64,000 nt of DNA. Origin: Nitrospirota bacterium (GTDB taxonomy: Bacteria; Nitrospirota; UBA9217). The stretch covers positions 1,344,001 to 1,408,000 of the forward strand of contig CAVTRN010000002.1 in assembly GCA_963737155.1 (NCBI GenBank), in the 5' to 3' direction. Positions within the stretch are counted from its first letter, which is position 1, and the number at the start of each line of letters is the position of its first letter. Below, piece after piece: positions 43,776 to 55,053 of the stretch. A model generated the notes under the pieces. The model saw nothing but the letters and a program-made list of their open reading frames with translations, did no database searches and was not told where the DNA came from. Made by a program: the position numbers and the translations under genes.

Positions 43776-43836
43776 GATGCTGACAACAGGGGAAAACCAA
43801 AGATTTTTAGTGATATTAGCATGCTGGCTTCTGTAA

Positions 43837-44961
<1,125 letters not shown>

Positions 44962-45080
44962 CGACAGAAGCCCAAGTAACAGTGATCAAAGTATAAGGGG
45001 GGAGCCCTGACCTGTTCATTTGCATTTACTTAAAAAACTGGTTTTTGAAATTTTTACATTTATTATGAGGAGGTAATACC

Positions 45081-45422
45081 ATGTTTATCGCAACGGCTTA
45101 TGCAATGGGAGCGACGGGTGGCGGCACAGCGGCACCGGGTGGATCAGGAGGTTTTTCCAGTATTATCATGATGGCGGTCATTTTTGCCATCTTTTACTTC
45201 ATCCTGATCCGGCCTCAGCAGAAGAAGATGAAGGATCACAAAAAGATGGTGGAGGAACTCAAGAAGGGAGATAAGATCATCACCTCGGGTGGCATCTATG
45301 GTACGGTTGTAGGCAGTGGGACGAACACACTGAAGGTGGAGATCGCGGACGGTGTAAAGGTGAAAATTGCCCGCAGTACCGTCGGCACAGTGCTGTCTGA
45401 GGAAGAAGCTTCGAAAGAATAG
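45081..45422 (+). CDS. yajC: Preprotein translocase subunit YajC
   Basis: FYFILIRPQQK, GD.IIT.GGIYG; synteny. Confidence 0.95.
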   Translation: MFIATAYAMGATGGGTAAPGGSGGFSSIIMMAVIFAIFYFILIRPQQKKMKDHKKMVEELKKGDKIITSGGIYGTVVGSGTNTLKVEIADGVKVKIARSTVGTVLSEEEASKE

Positions 45423-45539
45423 CAAGGAAGTGAAAAAGCGTTACGGCATGAACAGGACGGCAAGCGGTGAGTTTTCTTTTTCCGGGTTGAAAGAAATCGC
45501 AGTTCTTTATTCTGATTTTGTGTTTCAGGAGGCAAGTGT

Positions 45540-47114
45540 ATGAAGAAAAGTATTCAGTGGAGAATGGCGCTCATCGCCTTTTCGGTACTGCTCGCGCTGT
45601 TTTTATTTCTGCCGTCAACACCGCTGAGGGACAGTCTGCCCTCGGTGTGGCGCGAGAGTGTTCCCAAAATATCGCTCGGACTTGACCTCAGGGGCGGTAG
45701 CGCCCTCGTGATGCAGGTTGAGACGGATAAGGCTGTGGAATCCTCGGTGGACAACATCGTGGCTGCCTTGCAGACAACGGCTGCAGAACAGAAGCTTGAG
45801 GTGATGTTTAACAGGACTGGTCTGGACATCAGCGCCAAATTCCCCGAGGCTCAACTCGACAACGTAGAGAAGCTCGTCAAGGACAGCTACGCTATTCTTG
45901 ATATAAAGTCCCAGTCCCAGGGGGAATTGATCTACAGTTTGAAGGCTGCTGAAGTGAATCGTCTAAAAGTGTCGGCTGTGCAGGAGGCTCTCGAACGGAC
46001 CCGCTTGAGAGTGGACAAATATGGAGTGGCCGAACCGCAGATCTACAAGCAGGAAAGCGATCAGATTGCTCTCCAACTTCCGGGTGTGAAAAATCCGCAG
46101 GATGCAATCGCCTTTATTAAGACGGCAGGCAGACTTGAGTTTAAACTGGTTAACCTCGATCCCGAAGAACTCCAGAAGGCGATTGCCGGAAAGGTTCCAG
46201 AGGGTATGGAGCTCCTCTATGAGGAAAGGGAAGGCGAGGGGGGCAAGATTGAGAAACGGCCGGTCCTGCTCTACAGCAAGACACTTCTGACCGGTGACCG
46301 CCTGAAGGAGGCCAAGGTCGGCATCGACCAGTACAACAAGCCTGACATATCAATATCGTTCGACAGCGAGGGTGCCAATATTTTTGACCGCATCACTGGT
46401 GATAATGTCGGAAAACAGCTCGCCATTGTGCTCGATGGAGTGGTACAGTCGGCACCGCGCATCCAGGATCGCATCAGCGGCGGCAACGCGGAAATTACCG
46501 GGAACTTTACTAATGAAGAGGCTGAGAAGCTCGCCATCGTGCTACGTGAATCGCTGCCGGCTCCCGTGAAGATCATCCAGAACGTGACAGTCGGCCCATC
46601 GCTGGGCCAGGATTCCATCAACATGGGTGTCCGCTCTGCGCTGATCGGTGGTCTAGTGGTTATCGTATTCATGGTTTTTTATTACCGTTTGGCTGGGGTC
46701 ATCGCAGACTATGCCATTGTGCTGAACCTTGTGCTGCTCCTCGGAGCCATGGCGTTGCTGAACGCAACGCTTACTCTGCCAGGTATCGCAGGCATCATCC
46801 TTACCATCGGCATGGGCGTCGATTCAAACGTGCTGATGTTCGAGCGCATCCGCGAGGAGATCAGGGCGGGCAAGCTGCCCCGTCCGGCGGTTGACTCGGG
46901 ATACGACAAGGCTTTTCTGACGATCCTAGACTCTCACGTGACGACGCTTATTACGGCTGCCGTGCTTTTCATGTTCGGCACGGGCCCCATTAAAGGTTTC
47001 GCTGTATCGCTCAGTCTCGGCATCATCATCAACCTCTATTCCGCCTTGGTGGGCACAAAGGTGATATTTGACATCATCAATTCCAAGTGGAAGCTGGAGA
47101 AACTCAGTATTTAG
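45540..47114 (+). CDS. secD: Protein translocase subunit SecD
   Basis: LGLDLRGG, VGPSLG, TLPGIAG..GMGVDSNVL.FERIREE. Confidence 0.97.
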   Translation: MKKSIQWRMALIAFSVLLALFLFLPSTPLRDSLPSVWRESVPKISLGLDLRGGSALVMQVETDKAVESSVDNIVAALQTTAAEQKLEVMFNRTGLDISAKFPEAQLDNVEKLVKDSYAILDIKSQSQGELIYSLKAAEVNRLKVSAVQEALERTRLRVDKYGVAEPQIYKQESDQIALQLPGVKNPQDAIAFIKTAGRLEFKLVNLDPEELQKAIAGKVPEGMELLYEEREGEGGKIEKRPVLLYSKTLLTGDRLKEAKVGIDQYNKPDISISFDSEGANIFDRITGDNVGKQLAIVLDGVVQSAPRIQDRISGGNAEITGNFTNEEAEKLAIVLRESLPAPVKIIQNVTVGPSLGQDSINMGVRSALIGGLVVIVFMVFYYRLAGVIADYAIVLNLVLLLGAMALLNATLTLPGIAGIILTIGMGVDSNVLMFERIREEIRAGKLPRPAVDSGYDKAFLTILDSHVTTLITAAVLFMFGTGPIKGFAVSLSLGIIINLYSALVGTKVIFDIINSKWKLEKLSI

Positions 47115-47144
47115 TTCCCCGAGAAGCGGGGCAGGGAGGAAGAA

Positions 47145-48053
47145 ATGCTTCAAATTCTGCATAAAACCAACATCGACTTCATGGGGTGGAAGAATGTATC
47201 TTTTTCATTCTCCGCCCTTCTCGTTATCCTTGGCATCATAGGCTTGGTGCAGATAGGACGTGGCAAGGCGAACCTAGGCATCGATTTCGTCGGCGGCACA
47301 ACGATCCAACTCGGCTTTAAAGATGCTGTGCCGATTAACAAGGCGCGAGCTGCACTCGAAAAGAATGGCTTTCAGGGTTCGACCATTCAGGAAGTCGGCG
47401 AGGGGGGAAATAAAATCCTGATCAGATTGCGCGAATCCGAAGGCACTTCGGATAAGGTGCAGAACGTGTTCAGGCAGGAGTTCCCAGGAAATCCCTTCGA
47501 GGTCATCAGCATCGAGGAGATTGGGCCAGTGATCGGCCAGGCCCTTCAGCGCCAAGCGCTCTGGGCGGTCACGATATCGATCGCGGCAATCATCATCTAC
47601 ATCGCCTTCCGCTTCCAATTCAAGTTCGGCGTGGCCGCAGCCATTGCGACGGTGCATGACGTCCTCGCGGTGCTCGGTATCTTTTACATTCTGAACAAGG
47701 AGATCAACCTGCTTATCGTCACAGCGCTTCTGACGCTTGCGGGTTACTCGCTGACCGATACTGTGGTGGTTTTTGACCGGATTCGGGAGAATATCAAAAA
47801 GAACCGGCGCGATCCGCTGCCAAAACTGGTAAACGACAGCATTAACGAGGTGCTGTCCCGGACCATCATTACATCGCTTACGGTGGTGCTTGTGCTTGTA
47901 CCACTCGTGCTGTTCGGTGGCGATGTGCTGCATGATTTTTCCATAGCGCTCCTTATGGGAGTTATCGTGGGGACCTACTCTTCAGTGTTTGTCGCAAGCC
48001 CCGTGCTAGTGGTGTGGCATGTGAAGACAGGTGGAAAACTGATCGGGAAGTAA
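47145..48053 (+). CDS. secF: Protein translocase subunit SecF
   Basis: GIDFVGG, HDV, GYSL.DTVVVFDRIRE, GTYSS. Confidence 0.97.
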   Translation: MLQILHKTNIDFMGWKNVSFSFSALLVILGIIGLVQIGRGKANLGIDFVGGTTIQLGFKDAVPINKARAALEKNGFQGSTIQEVGEGGNKILIRLRESEGTSDKVQNVFRQEFPGNPFEVISIEEIGPVIGQALQRQALWAVTISIAAIIIYIAFRFQFKFGVAAAIATVHDVLAVLGIFYILNKEINLLIVTALLTLAGYSLTDTVVVFDRIRENIKKNRRDPLPKLVNDSINEVLSRTIITSLTVVLVLVPLVLFGGDVLHDFSIALLMGVIVGTYSSVFVASPVLVVWHVKTGGKLIGK

Positions 48054-48103
48054 TAGCGGCGAGCTTGTTAGTTTGCAGCAGAAGGCAATATTGTATCTTT
48101 TCT

Positions 48104-48140
48104 AAAGGGGAGGAAGCGTGATGCTTCTCCCTTTTTGTTT
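48104..48140 (+). terminator. Terminator after secF
   Basis: AAAGGGGAGGAAGC-gtgat-GCTTCTCCCTTTTT. Confidence 0.75.
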
Positions 48141-48702
48141 AGATAATCACAATCGAGTGTGTGATTTACGTGAAACAATTGGTAGCTAGAGCGCAGCGAA
48201 ACCGGCCAACATCCACCCAATGGATTCAGCGTCAGGTTTGATTAATGACTTGGCTCCAAGTCAACGGTGAGATTTTCTACCAAAAAACGTTGCCCTTGTC
48301 ACAGCAATCATTGCTATTGTACGAAGCTTCAACTTGATTATCGATCACAAGAAACAGAAATTCATTAGGTTTCTCGCTACGTTACCCGCCAACCCGGAGT
48401 TTATAGCCCTTTGGATGATATATCAACCTTTAGACGACATAGCGGAGAAGAAAGCAGTTTGCTCTCCACCTTGAAAACAACCGAAGACTTCTATAGACGA
48501 TTGGCAAACTTGGTCACATGACTCATGTTCGCAACAGATTTTTGGTTAAGCCATTGGCCTTAACTGCAGCTTTCCGCATCAGGAACTTATTATGCTCAAA
48601 AGGAAGAATTTCTGACCGTTTTGCATACCTCTTTTGTTGCGGCTGAAGCGACGATGTGTTACTATGCCAGTAAAATTACTCCAATTAGAAAAGCAGGGAA
48701 CT

Positions 48703-49386
48703 ATGTTCGAGGATACTATCAAAACAATTCGCATTGCCGGCAGTGATGCCAGAATCCTGTTGGAGTCCGATCTCATCCGGCTCACCTGCGGCGTGAGCGG
48801 ATGCAGTTCCAACTGTTGCACAAAAAGCGCTCCCATCGTGCTCAATCCGTATGAAATCGCTTTGATATGTCGGGAAAGCAACACGGCTTATGAAGACCTT
48901 CTAGACATTGTAGATACGGGCAGGGCCAAGGGCTTCCCCCTCGTTATGCTGCCGCGTGACCCTCATTGTCATTTCTGGACCGGTAAAGGGTGCCGCATCT
49001 ACAGGAGTCGTCCACTTGCCTGCCGGCTGTATCCGCTCGGCAGGGTATTCGACCGGGGAACGTCACATATCGTATTGCCAGATCTCAATGTTTGCTCGGG
49101 TTTGTCAGCCTCGCCCGACAAATCCGTAGCTGATTACCTGCGCGATCAGGACACCGTCGTACAGATCCAGATGGCGGACCGATGGATAGAGTTTGTGTCC
49201 GATTTGGAGCAGAAGCCGCTACCCGACAAACCAGTCACCTCGGTGGCTTTTCATTTGCTGGTTTACAGTCCTGATACGCCGCCTGCTGTTGACCATAGCG
49301 ATTCTAAGCTTTCTCTCGAGGAACGATGCATCCTGCGGCTTGCGACAGCTCGACACCAGATTCCCATGTATTTGGGGGGCCTGTAG
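48703..49386 (+). CDS. YkgJ family cysteine-cluster protein
   Basis: C..GCSSNCC, CHFW...GCRIY..RP..CR.YP. Confidence 0.85.
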   Translation: MFEDTIKTIRIAGSDARILLESDLIRLTCGVSGCSSNCCTKSAPIVLNPYEIALICRESNTAYEDLLDIVDTGRAKGFPLVMLPRDPHCHFWTGKGCRIYRSRPLACRLYPLGRVFDRGTSHIVLPDLNVCSGLSASPDKSVADYLRDQDTVVQIQMADRWIEFVSDLEQKPLPDKPVTSVAFHLLVYSPDTPPAVDHSDSKLSLEERCILRLATARHQIPMYLGGL

Positions 49387-49571
49387 TTTTTTTTCTGCTT
49401 TTACTGTCAAAGTTGGCTGGGCCAGGCCCATCCAATGCCTGTACGGCTGCATGTCAATTGATACATTATTAAAGAACGGCTATTGACAGGACTAGTCACT
49501 CCCGATATTATAATTATATTTATGGTATTATCAAAACCGCCGTGGGATCTCCTTTTCCTATTGGTAAGCAT

Positions 49572-51968
49572 ATGACATTGTTTCGACAGTTCGTTCTGAC
49601 GCTGTTCATGGTGGTGTTGGCCTCCTGCGCAGCGAATAAGGCGGTTCCTTTGAACAGCGTTGTTCCGGAAGCGCCGCATTCCGCATCCCCAACAATCAAA
49701 CGGATTTCCCTAATTGACCCCGAGAAAGCGCTGAAAACCGCTCTTGATTCGGAAAAAACCGAGAATTGGGAGGCTGTGCTTCTTCTGTGCAGGCAGATTG
49801 CCGAGCAGTACCCCAATACGATTTGGTATAGACGGTCGCTTTTTTTGTCCGAACGCGCGTTTATTCGGCTTGACAGCCCCAGTGAGGCGGAGTCAGCCAT
49901 GCTTAGCATACGGACAGAGTATTCTGAAATGGCTGATTACGCCGTCTTTCTTCTGGCGGAGTATTTTAATTCAAAAGGCCTATACAGCAAAGCTGCAGCC
50001 CTGTACGAGGTCCTGATGGAAAATTACCCAAAGAGCTCCCTTCGGATGCGTTCGGAATATCAGCGCGGGCTGGCCCTTCTCGGGATGTATGCCCATCCCC
50101 AGGCCATCGACGCTTTCATGGAGTTTCTTGAAACATACCCGCATTCCGAGTTGGCGCCTGATGCGGGTCTGGGCTTGGCACGGGCTCTGACCGCCGAGGT
50201 ACAGCTTGAGCAGGCAGTGCGAGTCTACCAGAACGTGTGGATCAAGACCCCTGGCACTGACGCGGATCTGGAGGTGGAGAAGACTCTTTCGGAGATGAAA
50301 TCCTGGGGAGTGGAAGTTCCGGAATATACCGTTGATGAGCTTTTCGAACGCGGAAAGACCCTGTTCCTGATGAGCCAATACGAAAAAGCTGTAGACGTCT
50401 TTATGAGGATTCTCTCGAAGGACGTGGCCCCTTCGTACCGGTCAGACGTTCTCCTTCGTGTTGGCATCGCCCTTTTCAATCTGAACCGGCAGGCAGATTC
50501 TGCGGCCATCCTCGAAAAGATGGTGCATGATTATCCCACAGACCCGAAGACGCCGGAGGCGCTGTTCTGGATTGGGAGATGTTACAGCAAACTCGACGCC
50601 AAGGAGCGGGGGATCAGGGCCTTTCAAAAACTGCTCGGCCACTTTCCGGAAAGTAAGTGGGCCGATGATGCGCTCTTCTCAATGGCAAACATTTATCGTG
50701 AATCAGGAGACATGAAAAAAGCTCTCCCGTTTTACGAACGGTTAAGCAGGGAATACCCCGACAGCAGGTTTGCCGACAGCGCAATCTGGTGGAGAGCTTG
50801 GTCCTCGTATACAGTCGGTGATTACAGGAGGTCAGAACAGACGCTCCAGGAACTTATCAACCGTTATCCCCGTTCGTTTCTGGTGGAACAGTCGCGCTAC
50901 TGGCAGGGTAGGGCGGCCGAAAAAATGAGCAATCCATCGCGCGCGGCGGCTTACTTCGAAGAGGTGTTGAGAAGGGGTCCTTACACGTATTACGGATACC
51001 TCGCTGCTGAACGAAAAGGACGTCTAGAAGCGGCAATAGCGGACTTCAAAACTGCGAGCACCATCAGTATAAATATTGATGACGTCTGCGAGGGTGGAAA
51101 CTCCAGCGGTCATCCGATGAATTCCTTTGGTAGTAATGAGGGACCGTCGAAATGGACCGGTGAAGCGCAGCAGGCCCTTTCTGAGGAGCCTTCCTACCGG
51201 AAGACGCTGGAATTAATATCGCTTGATATGAAAAAGGAGGCAGATCAGGAGCTGTCGGCACTCCAAGGCTCCATGCCCCGTCAACAGGGCATCTTCATCG
51301 TTTTGAGCAAGGTCTTCTTCGACCTGGGCGATTACTATCGTTCCCTCCAGTTAGTGCTCAGAAACTACGAGCGGTACCTGGAACGGCCTGTGGAGGGAGT
51401 ACCTGAGGATATGTGGTTTCTCGCCTATCCCCAGGACTATTGGGAAAGCATTCTTTCCTACGCCCGGAAGTATGGCCAGGACCCATACTTTATCGCTGCC
51501 GTTGTCCGGGAAGAGAGCCAGTTCTCTCCCGGAGCGTTGTCACACGCGGGAGCGCGAGGGTTGATGCAAGTGATGCCGACTACCGCGGAGTGGGTCGCAA
51601 AGCGGATTAAACTATGCGGTTTCGATCGGAGCAAGCTGTTTGACGCCGACACAGGAGTCAATGTCGGAACATGGTATATCAGTTATCTCATGAAGCAATT
51701 TAAGGGAGATCCTCTCCTGGTTGCGGCGGCATACAACGCCGGACCTGATGCAGTAACGGCATGGCTCGAAAAAGTCGGCTCTGACCGGGATAGGGACGCT
51801 TTCGTCGAAGAAATTCCTTATGCAGAAACGCGTGGATATGTGAAGAAGGTGCTTCGTAACTATGGCGAGTACCTGAGAATTTATGGGAAGCCCGATGGGT
51901 CCGCGTTTTTAGGACCAGTGAGCAGCAATCCAGAGCCGGCCGTTACAACGGGAAAAGGAAGAGATTGA
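49572..51968 (+). CDS. TPR-repeat lytic transglycosylase (Slt-type) lipoprotein
   Basis: Lipobox LASC; TPR/BamD-like YP.S repeats; REES.F, GLMQVMP, AYNAG, ETRGYV. Confidence 0.92.
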   Translation: MTLFRQFVLTLFMVVLASCAANKAVPLNSVVPEAPHSASPTIKRISLIDPEKALKTALDSEKTENWEAVLLLCRQIAEQYPNTIWYRRSLFLSERAFIRLDSPSEAESAMLSIRTEYSEMADYAVFLLAEYFNSKGLYSKAAALYEVLMENYPKSSLRMRSEYQRGLALLGMYAHPQAIDAFMEFLETYPHSELAPDAGLGLARALTAEVQLEQAVRVYQNVWIKTPGTDADLEVEKTLSEMKSWGVEVPEYTVDELFERGKTLFLMSQYEKAVDVFMRILSKDVAPSYRSDVLLRVGIALFNLNRQADSAAILEKMVHDYPTDPKTPEALFWIGRCYSKLDAKERGIRAFQKLLGHFPESKWADDALFSMANIYRESGDMKKALPFYERLSREYPDSRFADSAIWWRAWSSYTVGDYRRSEQTLQELINRYPRSFLVEQSRYWQGRAAEKMSNPSRAAAYFEEVLRRGPYTYYGYLAAERKGRLEAAIADFKTASTISINIDDVCEGGNSSGHPMNSFGSNEGPSKWTGEAQQALSEEPSYRKTLELISLDMKKEADQELSALQGSMPRQQGIFIVLSKVFFDLGDYYRSLQLVLRNYERYLERPVEGVPEDMWFLAYPQDYWESILSYARKYGQDPYFIAAVVREESQFSPGALSHAGARGLMQVMPTTAEWVAKRIKLCGFDRSKLFDADTGVNVGTWYISYLMKQFKGDPLLVAAAYNAGPDAVTAWLEKVGSDRDRDAFVEEIPYAETRGYVKKVLRNYGEYLRIYGKPDGSAFLGPVSSNPEPAVTTGKGRD

Positions 51969-52038
51969 CATGGCGGATTTACTTCCGCTCCGGTTCGGTT
52001 ACCTGAAGTATCCTTTAACTAGGTTGAGGAATGTTGTA

Positions 52039-52278
52039 TTGAAAGAGCTCGATGAAAAATTAAGCTTGATAGAAAAGCGTGTTCGTGCGCTTATGGCCGA
52101 GAATAAGAATCTTACCGACCGAATCTGCAATCTTGAGCAGGAGCTTCTTGTGGCGCGCCGCGAAGCACAGAAGTCAGAACACCATTATGACAGAAATCTG
52201 ATCATTCGTGAGAAGATCGAACATATTCTACACGCCCTCGAGTCCATCGGAATAAAAAGCACGATTGATCAACGGTAA
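52039..52278 (+). CDS. zapB: ZapB-like coiled-coil cell division protein
   Basis: LDEKL..IEKRV..L..EN..L coiled coil, IREKIEHIL end; TTG after GAGG. Confidence 0.6.
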   Translation: MKELDEKLSLIEKRVRALMAENKNLTDRICNLEQELLVARREAQKSEHHYDRNLIIREKIEHILHALESIGIKSTIDQR

Positions 52279-52339
52279 GAAAATGAGTCAAGAAAGAGGC
52301 CGCCCTAATGATGAGTGAGGCTTTTTATTCTTTTTTGAG

Positions 52340-52636
52340 TTCTAAAACTCGTCTCTACAAGAAGGAGATGTAAGACGCTGGTTTCGAAGCAACAAATAAA
52401 ATCCTATCACTATAGGGTGGACTTATGATCAGTATCACGATATAAATAAAAGCTGATATCGCGTACTCGTAGAGCAGTCAAGTTTGCCAGGTGTTCAGCC
52501 GGTCAGGTTTGCCGTTTCTCTCGTGGCAACGCCCGCGCGCTACAAAGACAGTAAAGCATCAATCACTAAAAGAGCGAACCAGTTATTGTACGCAAGTAAA
52601 CAGGCTGGTCGAAATCGTCTGACTTTGGACTTTTAG
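52340..52636 (+). pseudogene. Remnant of a GGDEF diguanylate cyclase C-terminus
   Basis: 52457-52636 reads YRVLVEQSSLP...DSKASITKRANQLLYASKQAGRNRL*, matching the GGDEF end (RAD..LY.AK..GRN); no start codon; upstream part decayed. Confidence 0.65.
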
Positions 52637-52715
52637 CTCTGCGAAAAAAATAGGAGGGTGGAATACTGTTAATATTTATATTGTATAATATAATTTTATA
52701 TGATATAATGTATTT

Positions 52716-53282
52716 ATGAAACTAAGCGTATGGGCAAAGCAACAAGGTATAACCTATCAAGCGGCATGGAAATGGTGGAAGGCTGGCAAGCTGCCGGTTG
52801 AGGCTGAGCAGATGCCTACCGGAACCATCATTATAAAAGAGCAGAAAACTGCCCAAGGTTCTGTTGCTCTTTATGCCCGGGTATCCAGTCATGACCAAAA
52901 GAAAGACCTGGACGGGCAGCTCGGGCGGCTTTCCGTATATGCCGCTTCCAAAAGATTGTCAGTTTCAAAAGCGGTGTCTGAGGTTGGATCTGGTCTTAAT
53001 GGGCACAGGCCAAAACTCATGAAGCTGCTTGCCGACTCCAACGTCAGTATTATTGTCGCCTTGCATCGTGACCGGCTTATGCGGTTTGGATCTGAGTATG
53101 TAGAATCGGCACTTCGAGCTCAAGGTCGTCAATTTATTATTGTAGACCAGACCGAGCTAAAGGACGATCTGGTGCTGGACATGATTGAAGTATTGACATC
53201 GTTTTGCGCAAGGCTCTACGGACGCCGGTCAGCGGCCAATAAAGCAAAAAAAGCTCTGGAGGCCATGGAAAATGGCAAGTAA
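52716..53282 (+). CDS. tnpA: IS607 serine transposase TnpA
   Basis: N-terminal MerR-like HTH, YARVSS..Q, SEVGSG, RDRL.RFG, SFCARLYG. Confidence 0.95.
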   Translation: MKLSVWAKQQGITYQAAWKWWKAGKLPVEAEQMPTGTIIIKEQKTAQGSVALYARVSSHDQKKDLDGQLGRLSVYAASKRLSVSKAVSEVGSGLNGHRPKLMKLLADSNVSIIVALHRDRLMRFGSEYVESALRAQGRQFIIVDQTELKDDLVLDMIEVLTSFCARLYGRRSAANKAKKALEAMENGK

Positions 53283-54960
53283 TAAGGATAACAAGGCCAA
53301 GAGCGGCAAAAGTGAAACACTTTCTTTTACCGCTCAAACTTTGCTGATTGACATGTCTTACCTGGACACAAAGAAGTCTCTTTATCATGTTCTTGACGAT
53401 ATCGGCGACTCATACGGGCACATCAAACGCTCTCTCTTTAAAGACAGCGTTCGTTCCGGCAACAAACCCATTTCATTCAAAAATGAGTATCTTGTCAGGT
53501 ATGGTATCACCGCCCGGCAGTTTAACGCTATCCGCTACGATCTTGACGGCAATATCAGCTCCGCGGTTGAGGTATTAAAACTACGGATTGAAAAGCTCGA
53601 GCACAAAATAAAATCTGCGAGAAAATGGATTAAAACCAGAGAGAACAGTATCATTGACATACGCAAAGACAAAAAATTGTCCGAATATGAGAAAACGCCC
53701 AGCGTGAAGTCTCTCCGTTTTGCGGTCCATAACAAAAAACGGAAGCTCCATTCATCGGAGCAGAAACTGGAAAAGCTGAAATACGATTTGGACAAAGGCC
53801 GAATCAGGATTTGCTTTGGGACAAAGAAACTTTTCCACAAGCAGTTTAACCTTTCTGAAAACGGTTATAAATCCCACAATAACTGGCTGTCTGCCTGGAA
53901 GGCTGCCCGAAGCTCTTCATCGTTTTGTCTGGGATCGAAGGATGAAACGGCCGGCAACCAGACCTGCACGCTTGGCGTCGACGGGTCGCTCAGGATACGG
54001 GTCCCAAACTATCTTGCCAAAAAATACGGTAAACACATCATGGTGCCTACCGTAACATATCCTTACGGGCAGGAATATATTGAGCAGGCGCTCCTGTGCG
54101 GCCAGGCAATCACCCACCGGTTTGTCCGTGGCGAGAAAGGTTGGTATCTGTATTCATCGGTTGATATCCCCCAAAGAGAAACAGTAACCGGGAAACCGCA
54201 AGAAATCGGATGTATTGGTATAGATGTAAACGAAAAAGAGATTGCTGTTTCCGAGACTGACCGGTTCGGCAATTTTGTCTGGCACACAACGTATGCTGCA
54301 TGTATAAAAGACAGAACCACGGAACAGACCGAGGCAACTTACGGTGATATCTGCGTCGGCATTATCGACCGGTCAATTAAAACAGGGAAACCCGTCGCTC
54401 ATGAAACTCTTGACTTCGAAAAGAAGAAAGCATCTCTTAAAGAACAGGGAGTAACGTATGCGCGGATGCTATCCGGGTTCGCCTATTCCACCTTTTTAAA
54501 CATGCTTGACCGCAGAGCATATAAGGCAGGCGTCGGTGTGCTCTCCGTGAATCCTGCTTACACATCCGTTATCGGAAGAAACAATTATATGTCTTTTCAT
54601 GGCATCTCGCCGCATGAAGCAGCGGCGCTTGCTATCGCGAGAAGAGTTCAAGGATATTCCGAGTCTCCCATACCAAGCAGAACCGCCTCCCCTCTACCTG
54701 TAAGGAATCGAGAGGAGTACATCTGGAAGTTTTGGAGCAAGATGAGGACTCGGGGAGGTTGTGGAAATCATCACAGTCTCTACCAACGACGGTCCTTACA
54801 GGACTCCCCAGGCTGCGCTGAATTGCAGAAGAAGCCATCATCCCGTCGACAGCGCAATTCTCCGGGCCACCTGCCAGCAGCAGTCTTGCTAAAAAGGCGC
54901 CAGAAACAATCCCGATCAGCAAACAACGGGACTTGGGTGAATCAGGGCGGGAATCCCTGA
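53272..54960 (+). CDS. tnpB: IS607-associated TnpB-related protein (RuvC D-E-H, no zinc finger)
   Basis: GIDVN, HETLDF, VNPAYTS.IG, HEAAALAIARR. Confidence 0.85.
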   Translation: MASNKDNKAKSGKSETLSFTAQTLLIDMSYLDTKKSLYHVLDDIGDSYGHIKRSLFKDSVRSGNKPISFKNEYLVRYGITARQFNAIRYDLDGNISSAVEVLKLRIEKLEHKIKSARKWIKTRENSIIDIRKDKKLSEYEKTPSVKSLRFAVHNKKRKLHSSEQKLEKLKYDLDKGRIRICFGTKKLFHKQFNLSENGYKSHNNWLSAWKAARSSSSFCLGSKDETAGNQTCTLGVDGSLRIRVPNYLAKKYGKHIMVPTVTYPYGQEYIEQALLCGQAITHRFVRGEKGWYLYSSVDIPQRETVTGKPQEIGCIGIDVNEKEIAVSETDRFGNFVWHTTYAACIKDRTTEQTEATYGDICVGIIDRSIKTGKPVAHETLDFEKKKASLKEQGVTYARMLSGFAYSTFLNMLDRRAYKAGVGVLSVNPAYTSVIGRNNYMSFHGISPHEAAALAIARRVQGYSESPIPSRTASPLPVRNREEYIWKFWSKMRTRGGCGNHHSLYQRRSLQDSPGCAELQKKPSSRRQRNSPGHLPAAVLLKRRQKQSRSANNGTWVNQGGNP

Positions 54961-55053
54961 CGTTAACCGGCAGCAGCACTGTTCGGCTGCCGTCATAGTT
55001 ATGAGAAATAAAATACTATGTTTTTAGGAACGGTTGAGAGCGCGAAATGAGTG
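54780..55053 (+). ncRNA. Putative omega/reRNA of the IS607 TnpB (scaffold plus flank-derived guide)
   Basis: Hairpins TCAGGG-cgggaat-CCCTGA and CGGCAGC..GCTGCCG between the tnpB 3' end and the right end; position as expected for TnpB reRNA; bounds approximate. Confidence 0.45.

Larger units (their letters stand above)
52660..55033 (+). mobile_element. IS607-family insertion sequence (tnpA plus tnpB)
   Basis: Serine recombinase overlapping tnpB; AT-rich left end after GG at 52660-61; right end TATGTTTTTAGGAACGG ending in GG; boundaries inferred. Confidence 0.85.

Noticed and set aside
52460-52645. Possible 6S RNA downstream of the zapB-like gene (irregular long-range pairing)
   Set aside because: The inner region pairs poorly, and the same bases translate to a convincing GGDEF C-terminus
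52280-52715. Group I intron making the IS607 an IStron
   Set aside because: No P7 or J8/7 core motifs were seen; the space is explained by the GGDEF remnant and the IS end
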